DNA from: an uncultured Anaerolineaceae bacterium
GTDB lineage: Bacteria > Chloroflexota > Limnocylindria > Limnocylindrales > CSP1-4
Direction of reading: 5' to 3'
Assembly: GCA_964626755.1 (NCBI GenBank)
Contig: CAZVGO010000004.1
Location: forward strand, 11,272-75,271
DNA: 64,000 bases
Positions 42,748 through 49,504 of this stretch are shown here, in pieces. Position numbers and translations under genes: made by a program. The stretch's first letter is position 1, and each line of letters starts with the position of its first letter. The notes under the pieces are model-generated. The model worked only from the letters and a program-made list of their open reading frames with translations. It ran no database searches and was not told where the DNA came from.

Positions 42748-44418
42748 TCACGATGCCCACCCGGGCTCGACGAGGCCCTGAGCAGCGATCGCCGCGACGT
42801 CGTCGGGCATACCCTCGACCCGGTCCTCGTCGCCGCCGTCGAAGATGCCGACCCCCTCGTCGCCGACTGACACGGCCTCGACTGACACTGACACCACGTC
42901 ACCCCCTACGGGGGGAGTGACGCTGTCAGCGCGATCTACTGACATGACAGTGTCAACGCCTGACGCTGACGCCCCGCCCACGCTCGCGGGGCCACTGACA
43001 GGCGGACTGACAGGCACTGACACGGCCCCCGACACGCGAAGTGGCATGTCAGGCTCCACGCGCCCGGTCTCGCGGAGCTTCGCGATCTGCCGCCAGACCG
43101 TCCGCTCGGACAGCTCGAGGTAGGTCGCGATGGCCCCGGCGTCGGCGTACCCGGTGGCGATGCAGCCGTGAATCTTCTCCATCGTGCTGACGCCGAGATC
43201 CTCGCCGGCGACGACCTGGACGACGTCGAACGTGCCGCCCTCGGCCCGGAGGACGAGCTGCGCGTGGGGGGCGCGCTTGCGGACGGTCCAGAGGACGCGC
43301 TGGGCGCCGGCGTCGGCCATGAGCGCGACGGTGTCGGCCTGGCGGGTCCACTGACCCATGACGTCGGCGAGGGCGGTCCCGTGCTGGGCGTTCGGCTCGG
43401 GCTTGCCGCGGGCCTTCGCCCCGCCGGCGACCCTGGCCGGCTTGACGAGGTGGACGAAGACAATGATCGCGCAGCCGTACTGGCGGGCGAGGCCCCGGAG
43501 GAACCGGATCGCGGCCTTGAGCTCCTTGCCCCACTCGTCGCCGAGCATGCTCGAGCCGGTGTCGAACATCACGACCGCGGGCTCGACCCGCTCGATCGAC
43601 GCCCGGATGTAGGCCTGGTCGAGCGGGTCGGTCAGCGACAGGCCCTCGAGGCTGACCCCCCAGTAGTCGGCCAGGTCGGCCCGGGTGAGGCCGAGGCGGG
43701 CCAGGGTCTCTTCCTCGCGCCGGACCTCCTCCTCCTCGCCGTTCTCGACGTCGATCGACAGGACGCGCCCCGGGCGCGGGATCCGGTAGTGGTTGAAGAG
43801 CGCACCGTGGCCGGTCGCCTTCCGGATCCCGAGCTCGATCCGGGCGTGCGATTTGCCAAGGCCCTCGGGCCCCGCGACGACGAGCAGCCGACGTCGCCGG
43901 AGGAGGCTGTCGATCTCCCAGTCGTCGACCATGGCGGCCGCCGCATCGGCCTCGCTCCGCGGCCGCGGCCAGGGACGCTCCTCAGCGTGCCTTTCAGTGA
44001 CGTGAATGGCACGCGCCGGCGTCCGGGCCGCCCGGTCGCGTTCGAGGCCGGCGACGGCGGCCAGGTAGTCCTCCGGGCTGTCGTAGCCGGCGGCGTGCAG
44101 CGAGTCGACGAGTCGGGCCCGCCAGCCGGCGGCGTCGACCACGATCGCCTCACGCTCCTCGTCGGTCAGGCGATTCCACGGGTCGATCCGGTCCGCCGAG
44201 GCCGTGAGCTCAGCCTCCGCGCGGATCCCGGCGCTGTCCGCCGGCGCGTGGCCGTTCGGCTTGCTCTTGCGAACGTTCCGCGCGGAGACTTTCCGGGCCC
44301 CTGGCGCCGCCGGCAGCCACACCGGCGCGCCGGCGTTGGCATCGCCTGCAGCTTTCGGCGCGGCCGTGCCCTCGAAGAACGACGCGACCTCGGCTTCCTT
44401 CGCGGAACGTCTGGTCAT
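42748..44418 (-). CDS. Replication protein: RepA-like/AAA_25-type RecA-fold ATPase with a C-terminal HTH and a low-complexity VSV-rich tail
   Basis: Walker A VVAGPEGLGKS; Walker B-like VVMFDTGSS; HTH ATYLELSERTVWRQIAKLRETG. The ATG at 44418 is inside track ORF 42748..44562. Confidence 0.65.
   Translation of the reverse strand: MTRRSAKEAEVASFFEGTAAPKAAGDANAGAPVWLPAAPGARKVSARNVRKSKPNGHAPADSAGIRAEAELTASADRIDPWNRLTDEEREAIVVDAAGWRARLVDSLHAAGYDSPEDYLAAVAGLERDRAARTPARAIHVTERHAEERPWPRPRSEADAAAAMVDDWEIDSLLRRRRLLVVAGPEGLGKSHARIELGIRKATGHGALFNHYRIPRPGRVLSIDVENGEEEEVRREEETLARLGLTRADLADYWGVSLEGLSLTDPLDQAYIRASIERVEPAVVMFDTGSSMLGDEWGKELKAAIRFLRGLARQYGCAIIVFVHLVKPARVAGGAKARGKPEPNAQHGTALADVMGQWTRQADTVALMADAGAQRVLWTVRKRAPHAQLVLRAEGGTFDVVQVVAGEDLGVSTMEKIHGCIATGYADAGAIATYLELSERTVWRQIAKLRETGRVEPDMPLRVSGAVSVPVSPPVSGPASVGGASASGVDTVMSVDRADSVTPPVGGDVVSVSVEAVSVGDEGVGIFDGGDEDRVEGMPDDVAAIAAQGLVEPGWAS
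42866..43026. repeat. Iteron-like cluster: at least 8 direct copies of (A)CTGACA(C/G/T) plus a palindromic TGACAGTGTCA
   Basis: Copies at 42866, 42881, 42888, 42938, 42994, 43006 and 43016. The palindrome is at 42945..42955 and a tandem TGACGC x2 at 42961. All lie inside the 3' end of the rep gene. Confidence 0.6.
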
Positions 44419-44703
44419 GGCCGCGGGCAGCACGCGCCGACCTCCTCGAGCAGCCGCAGGTCGGTGCGGACAGCGGAGGCCTCCGCCCGCCGGCCGACGG
44501 CGTCGAGGTGATCGCGGAGCTGCTCGAGGTGCCTGGCCAGGCGCTCGCGGGCCGTCCGGCAAGCGATCCCTTCGCGCGGATGACCGCGACGAGCTCGATG
44601 CCCCCGACGCGGGGCCGGCCGGCTGATCCCGAGCCGGCCCGCGTCGGGGAGGAGGACGTGATCCGCAGAAGACGACGGATCAGGTTGTGGCCCGCGTCGA
44701 CGC

Positions 44704-44761
44704 GGCCAATGCGCCGTCGAGGACCTCAGATGGTCAGGTCGACGCGGATCGCGCATTGGCC
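44704..44761. promoter_or_regulatory. Large hairpin (11-bp perfect arms ggccaatgcgc/gcgcattggcc) spanning the 3' end of the Xis-like gene
   Basis: Seen directly. It could be a terminator or a protein-binding site between the regulatory and replication modules. Confidence 0.3.
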
Positions 44762-45015
44762 TCGCGCCTCCCGACGTCGCCGTTGACGTAGCTCGCGATC
44801 GCGCCCGCCGGCACCAGGCGCCGGCGACCGATGGTGACGGTTCGAAGCCGGCCCGCCGCGATCTCGCCGTAGAGTGCGGATCTGCCGATTCCGAGCCGCT
44901 CCGCGGCAAGCGTGGTCGACAGGAGCTGCTCGGGCGCCGTCGCAGGCGCGATCGCGAGCTCCTCGCGGAGCGCGTCGACGAGCTCGGCAACGGCGGCCAC
45001 CAGGCGATCGCTCAT
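44734..45015 (-). CDS. Excisionase-like HTH DNA-binding protein (MerR/Xis superfamily)
   Basis: LSTTLAAERLGIGRSALYGEIAAGRLRTVTIGRRRLV is a classic actinophage Xis/HTH pattern. Confidence 0.6.
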   Translation of the reverse strand: MSDRLVAAVAELVDALREELAIAPATAPEQLLSTTLAAERLGIGRSALYGEIAAGRLRTVTIGRRRLVPAGAIASYVNGDVGRREANARSAST

Positions 45016-45200
45016 CGAGCGGGCACCTTCGGCCGCCCGGCCACCGCCTCACGCTCGATCCCGTCGACGAGGATGCGCAGGGCCTCGCGCTTGGGGTCCC
45101 GGTAGTTCTGCCGCGCCAGGTCGCCGAGCGCGTCGCTCGTCTCGGGCGGCAGGGTCAGAACGAGCCGCGGCCACGTCCGCCGGGTCGAGTGTGAGTCCAT
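45012..45200 (-). CDS. Ribbon-helix-helix (CopG/Arc-like) DNA-binding protein
   Basis: LTLPPETSDALGDLARQNYRDPKREALRILVDGIER; its stop overlaps the Xis-like ATG. Confidence 0.6.
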   Translation of the reverse strand: MDSHSTRRTWPRLVLTLPPETSDALGDLARQNYRDPKREALRILVDGIEREAVAGRPKVPAR

Positions 45201-45241
45201 GAGGCGTATTGGGCCGGACTACAGGCCCTCGTGTCGCGGAC

Positions 45242-45272
45242 CAAAAGCGGCAGCCGCCAACAGCCGCTTTTG
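45242..45272. terminator. Perfect 10-bp inverted repeat (caaaagcggc/gccgcttttg) between the int-proximal operon and the RHH gene
   Basis: Seen directly. Candidate terminator and/or operator. Confidence 0.4.
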
Positions 45273-45279
45273 CCCGCCC

Positions 45280-45753
45280 TCAGAGTCGGCGGCGTTGCGC
45301 CTCAGCCTTGGCCCATGCCCACGTCTTGCCAGCCGCTCGCAGCTGCGCCCGGATCCAGCGCTCCTCGCCGACCGCCGAGTTGCGGCCGAAGTCGTCCTGA
45401 GTCGGCGGCCACGACCCCGACCATTCGACGAGCGCCGCGACGATCCGCTCCGCTGCCGCCATCGCCGGCTCCGCCTCGGCATCGGGCAGCGTGATCGCGC
45501 CGTCGCGCGCGACCACCCCAAACCGCTCGCACCGCCGACAGCGGACAACCACCGTGCCATCGCGACCCGAGAGCCAGTCGAGCTCCGGACCGTCGCGCAG
45601 CCATGGGGCGACACAGTTCGCGGCGTGGGCGATCGATCGCGGTGCCGCGAGCAGCACGGCGGCGGGCATCGCGCGGAGCTCTGGGGGTTCAATCGGGTGC
45701 CGGAGGGCTTCGCTCAGCCAGCGGATGGCGTCCTGAGCCGTCTCGTCGGTCAT
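45280..45753 (-). CDS. Hypothetical protein (157 aa), co-transcribed with the integrase
   Basis: The ATG overlaps the integrase stop (ATGA). Contains CRRCERFG. Confidence 0.5.
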   Translation of the reverse strand: MTDETAQDAIRWLSEALRHPIEPPELRAMPAAVLLAAPRSIAHAANCVAPWLRDGPELDWLSGRDGTVVVRCRRCERFGVVARDGAITLPDAEAEPAMAAAERIVAALVEWSGSWPPTQDDFGRNSAVGEERWIRAQLRAAGKTWAWAKAEAQRRRL

Positions 45754-46892
45754 CGCGCACCGCCTCCCAGCGCCCGATCCAGGGCGTCTGCTGCCGCGCG
45801 TCGCTGGTCCGGCGTGACGTGCGAGTAGACGTCGGCGGTGATCGTGATCGACGAATGACCGAGGGCCCGCGATACCTCGAGGAGCGAGGCGCCCTGGGCA
45901 AGCATGAGCGACGCCGCGGTGTGCCGGAGGTCGTGGAGGCGCACCGGGAGCCCGAGCCGGTCGGCGGCCGCGCGGAAGGCCGCGGAGACCGTGTACGGCG
46001 CCCACGGCCGCCCCAGCGCGTCCGTGAAGGCCAGGCGGTCCCGGTCCTGCCACGATGCGCCGGCGGCGAGGCGCTCGGCCGCCTGGCGGGCTTTCTGGCG
46101 CCGGAGGCCGTCGATCGCGGTCGTCGTCAGGTCCACGGTCCGGCGGCTCCGGGCCGTCTTCGGCTCCGCGAGCTCCCACCCGCCGCCGTGGGCCCGCGAC
46201 AGGGAGCGCCGGACCGTGAGCGATCGCCCCTCGAGGTCGACGTCGGTCCATCGCAGCCCGAGCAGCTCGCCGAGCCGGAGCCCGGTGCCGGTCGCGACCG
46301 CGAAGAGCGGCCCGAATGGATCGTCCGCAGTCGCGTCGATCAGGCGGCCGACCTCGCCGGCCGTCAGGGCCCGCATCTCGCGCCGCTCGAGGCGCGGCGG
46401 CCGCGCCAGGGCGGCCACGTTCCGGGTGAGCAGCCCGTCGCGCTGCGCGTCGTGGAGCGCGCGCCGGAGGGTCGATCGGGCGTGTCGGATCGTCTGCGAC
46501 GAGAGCCCGCGACCGGCGAGCTCGGCCATCGTCCGCTCGACGTGCGCCGGCGTCAGCTTGGTCAGCGGGATCCGCGCCAGGGCGGACCAGTAGGCCGAGA
46601 CGTGACGGGCGTACTCGCGGTGCGTGGCGGCCCGGAGTCGCGGCCGGACCGCGACGACCCATCCCGCCAGGTAGGCGCCCGTCGTCTCGCCGGTCGCGAA
46701 CCCCGCGCTCGCCTCGCGGCGCAGCGCCTCGAACTTGCGGACGACGTCGGCCCGCGTGCGACCCGACACATAGCGGCGGACGCTCCGGGTCCCGTCGGGG
46801 TGGGGGAGTACGAGCGACCCGCGGAGTCGGCCGTCGGCGGTCGGGTAGATCGCGCCTTCGCCGGCGGATCTCCGGGCGGTAGACTTGGCCAT
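45750..46892 (-). CDS. int: Tyrosine-type site-specific integrase (phage integrase family)
   Basis: MAKSTARRSAGEGAIYPTADGRLRG N-terminus. The C-terminal catalytic region has RHTAAS...HSSITIT...Y (R-H-R-Y pattern). It sits adjacent to the tRNA. Confidence 0.9.
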   Translation of the reverse strand: MAKSTARRSAGEGAIYPTADGRLRGSLVLPHPDGTRSVRRYVSGRTRADVVRKFEALRREASAGFATGETTGAYLAGWVVAVRPRLRAATHREYARHVSAYWSALARIPLTKLTPAHVERTMAELAGRGLSSQTIRHARSTLRRALHDAQRDGLLTRNVAALARPPRLERREMRALTAGEVGRLIDATADDPFGPLFAVATGTGLRLGELLGLRWTDVDLEGRSLTVRRSLSRAHGGGWELAEPKTARSRRTVDLTTTAIDGLRRQKARQAAERLAAGASWQDRDRLAFTDALGRPWAPYTVSAAFRAAADRLGLPVRLHDLRHTAASLMLAQGASLLEVSRALGHSSITITADVYSHVTPDQRRAAADALDRALGGGAR

Positions 46893-47019
46893 TGGGTGGC
46901 GTCCTCCGTAGCAGGAGCGCGACCTTGACGGCCTCCGGTTCGCGCCGGGGGCCGTCGCGCTATGTCCGTCAGTGTACGCCATTGTCGCGGACCGCGAAGC
47001 TGCCGCGAAGCTGCCAGGG

Positions 47020-47076
47020 GTGGTGCCGAAGCCGGGATTTGAACCCGGACGAGGTTGCCCTCAACGGTGTTTGAGA
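47020..47076. repeat. attR: 57-bp direct repeat forming the 3' part of the intact tRNA-Leu
   Basis: Identical to 37389..37445. Confidence 0.85.
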
Positions 47077-47107
47077 CCGTCGCGTCTGCCAGTTCCGCCA
47101 CTTCGGC
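47021..47107 (-). tRNA. tRNA-Leu (anticodon CAA), class II with a long variable arm and encoded CCA
   Basis: Acceptor stem GCCGAAG/CTTCGGC, anticodon loop CTCAAAC, T-loop GGTTCAAATCC, long variable arm. Confidence 0.85.
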
Positions 47108-47186
47108 ACGGAGGGTGACGCCCGGATCGTAGCGCGCCCGCCCATGTCGCCCCGGCGCAACGGCCCGTGGCGCTCGTGCACCACCC

Positions 47187-47213
47187 GGAACCCCCGGTTC
47201 GGGACAGGCGTCT
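47187..47213 (+). promoter_or_regulatory. Candidate ECF-type autoregulatory promoter (GGAAC-N17-CGTCT)
   Basis: A GGAAC -35-like and a CGTC -10-like element 14 nt upstream of the sigma-factor ATG. Confidence 0.3.
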
Positions 47214-47226
47214 CGCCGGGGAAGCG

Positions 47227-47886
47227 ATGCTAGACTCCGCCCGCCTGCGAATCGCCGTCCGGAGGGACCCCCAGATCGTGGAGGACCTTCGCTCGACGAC
47301 GGTCACCGACGACCCCGTCCAGCGCCGCGACCTCATCCTGATCGAGCGAGCCCGAGGGGGCGACCTCGACGCCTTCAACGACCTCGTCGCGTGCTACCAG
47401 GACCACCTCTACGCGCTGGTCGTGCGGATGGTCCCCGATCGCGACCAGGCCGCGGACGCCGTCCAGGAGGCGTTCTTCTCGGCCTTCCGGAACATGCACT
47501 CGTTCCGCGGCGGAAGTGTCCGCTCCTGGTTGAGCCGCATCTGCGTCAACGCGGCAATGGACGCGCAACGGGCGAAGAAGCGCCGCCCGGTCCAGCCCTA
47601 CCCGGAGCTCGACGACGACAACTGGCAGCCGCCGGCAGGCATCGACGCCGACCCCGAGCGGACAGCCCTCACGTCCGAGCGGGCGAACGCGCTCAACAAG
47701 GCGCTGTCCCTCATCACCGACGACCAGCGGGCGGCGATCGTCCTCTTCGACGTGGAGGGCTACGACTACGCGGAGATCGCCGGCATGACCGGCGTGTCAT
47801 TGGGCACGGTGAAGTCGCGGATCCATCGCGGCCGCCTGGCCCTCCGCGCGCTGCTGGAAGGGCAGATGGAGCTGTTCCGTGGCTGA
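47227..47886 (+). CDS. ECF (sigma-70 family) RNA polymerase sigma factor
   Basis: Region 2 (DLVACYQDHLYALVVRM...DAVQEAF) and region 4 (YAEIAGMTGVSLGTVKSRIHRGR). Confidence 0.85.
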   Translation: MLDSARLRIAVRRDPQIVEDLRSTTVTDDPVQRRDLILIERARGGDLDAFNDLVACYQDHLYALVVRMVPDRDQAADAVQEAFFSAFRNMHSFRGGSVRSWLSRICVNAAMDAQRAKKRRPVQPYPELDDDNWQPPAGIDADPERTALTSERANALNKALSLITDDQRAAIVLFDVEGYDYAEIAGMTGVSLGTVKSRIHRGRLALRALLEGQMELFRG

Positions 47887-48610
47887 CCAGCGCCCCTTCG
47901 ACCGCCCTGCTCGGCACTCGGACCATGACCTGCTGCTCGTGGCGGCGTTCGTTGCCGGCGACCTCGACGGTGACGACCGAGCGCGCGCGGACGTGCTCGT
48001 CGGCGCGTGCGGCCAATGCGCGACCCTCGGCGCGGACCTCCGGGCGATCTCCCAGGCGACCGCCGAGCTGCCCGTGCCCCGCCGGCCCCGCGACTTCTTC
48101 GTTCGGCCGGCCGACGCGGAGCGGCTCCGGCCGCGCGGGCTGCGCCGGCTGGCCGCCGCGGTCACCGGTCCGCGGGTCCAGCTCGCCCGCCCGCTCGCCG
48201 GCGGGCTGATGATGCTCGGGTTCGCGGGGCTGCTCGTCGCGACCCAGCCCGGGTTGTCTCTGTTCGGCGGTGCGTCGACCGCCGATCAGCGGCTCGAGTA
48301 CCGCGCCAGCTCGGCGCCCGAGTCGGAGATCCAGGGCGGGCCGGACGCTGCGTACGCCTCCGGAGCGCCCTCGGCGACGGACGCCGCGTTCGGCGGTGTG
48401 CGCGGCAGTGCCCGCCAGGTCGGAAGCCTCCAGCCCGCGGCCGGAGGGCCGATCACGACCTCGACCGAGGCTCCCGACGAGGTCAAGGCCGGCCGCGAAC
48501 CCGTTGCCGCCGGCCCATCGGGGCTCCTGATCGGCTCGCTGGCGCTCGTCGCGATCGGGGCCTTCCTGTTCCTCGCCTCGCTGCTCCGACCGGGGCCAGG
48601 CCGCTCGTAG
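47879..48610 (+). CDS. Anti-sigma factor (ZAS-type HxxxCxxC motif) with a C-terminal TM anchor
   Basis: HDLLLVAAFVAGDL...CGQCATLGADL; the GTG overlaps the sigma-factor stop. Confidence 0.6.
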   Translation: MADQRPFDRPARHSDHDLLLVAAFVAGDLDGDDRARADVLVGACGQCATLGADLRAISQATAELPVPRRPRDFFVRPADAERLRPRGLRRLAAAVTGPRVQLARPLAGGLMMLGFAGLLVATQPGLSLFGGASTADQRLEYRASSAPESEIQGGPDAAYASGAPSATDAAFGGVRGSARQVGSLQPAAGGPITTSTEAPDEVKAGREPVAAGPSGLLIGSLALVAIGAFLFLASLLRPGPGRS

Positions 48611-48650
48611 CCGGGAACCGATCGGGAGCGCGGCCCGTCAGTACGGGGAA

Positions 48651-49355
48651 ATGACCGACCGATTCCCCGCCACCCACACCGACCACGACCCGCTGCTCGT
48701 CGCCGCCTTCGCGGCCGGCGACCTCGGCCCGGCCGATCGCGAGCAGGCAGAGCTCCTCGCCTCGACCTGTGCCGACTGCGCCCTGCTGGAGGCGGACCTC
48801 CGGGCGATCGCGGCGGCGACTGCGACCCTCCCGGTGCCCGCCCGCCGGCGCGACTTCTCGCTCAGCGCCGGAGACGCGGCCCGCCTGCGCCGGCGCGGCT
48901 TGCGTTGGGTGCTTCGGGTTCTCGCCGGGCCGCGGTCGGCGGCCCTGAAGCCCCTCGCCACGGGGCTGACGACGCTCGGGCTTGCAGGGCTTCTCCTCGC
49001 AGCCCTGCCGGCGATCCAGCTGGGTGGCTCGGCGGCCGGCCCGATCGGCCCGGCTGCTCCCGCGGCCCCGCCTGTGGAGCGCGATACGAGCTCCGGAGGT
49101 GACGACTTCTTCCCGGCCGCCAGCACCACCCCGGAGAGGATGGGCGGGTACGGCGGCGCTTCGCCGCTCGTGGCCGAAGGGGATCGTGGCGAGGCTACGG
49201 ACGAACAGGGTCGGGCGCCACTGGGTCGGCCGGAGCCCGCACCCCCCGTGGGACGTGGCCCGTCGCTACTGGCCCTTCTGTCCGGCACGTTCCTCGTCAT
49301 CGGGCTCGCCCTGTTCGGGATTCGCTGGACGGCCCGCCGCCTCAGCGGCGCCTGA
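48651..49355 (+). CDS. Second anti-sigma-factor paralog (ZAS-like)
   Basis: HDPLLVAAFAAGDL...CADCALLEADL parallels the upstream gene; similar TM segment. Confidence 0.55.
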   Translation: MTDRFPATHTDHDPLLVAAFAAGDLGPADREQAELLASTCADCALLEADLRAIAAATATLPVPARRRDFSLSAGDAARLRRRGLRWVLRVLAGPRSAALKPLATGLTTLGLAGLLLAALPAIQLGGSAAGPIGPAAPAAPPVERDTSSGGDDFFPAASTTPERMGGYGGASPLVAEGDRGEATDEQGRAPLGRPEPAPPVGRGPSLLALLSGTFLVIGLALFGIRWTARRLSGA

Positions 49356-49504
49356 AGGAATCGAGGTCGGAGGCGGAGGTCCCCGACGCCGTCCGCTCGA
49401 GGTTTGCAACGTGGTAACGCCGGGCCGCGGAGGCCCGCTCTCAGGCCCGGCCGGTACACTTGACCCGACACCGTCCCTCCCTTCGACACCCGCCGAGGCT
49501 GCCG

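Larger units (their letters stand above)
37389..47076. mobile_element. Integrated phage-derived element (~9.7 kb) in tRNA-Leu(CAA): a candidate phage satellite or minimal prophage
   Basis: Perfect 57-bp direct repeats, a tyrosine integrase next to the intact tRNA, Xis-like and RHH regulators, a RepA-like replication ATPase with iterons, a TerS-like gene and a tape-measure-like gene. All genes are on one strand with ATGA overlaps. No capsid, portal or large-terminase genes. Confidence 0.7.

Noticed and set aside
42866-43026. CRISPR array.
   Set aside because: The repeats are 7-8 bp, irregularly spaced, in one orientation, and lie inside a coding region. No cas genes are present.
37389-47076. 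Actinomycete integrative and conjugative element (AICE).
   Set aside because: AICEs share the int/xis/rep/tRNA-integration pattern. However, no FtsK/SpoIIIE-like TraB, Spd or NUDIX (pif) genes are present. The large membrane-rich protein has tape-measure, not TraB, features.
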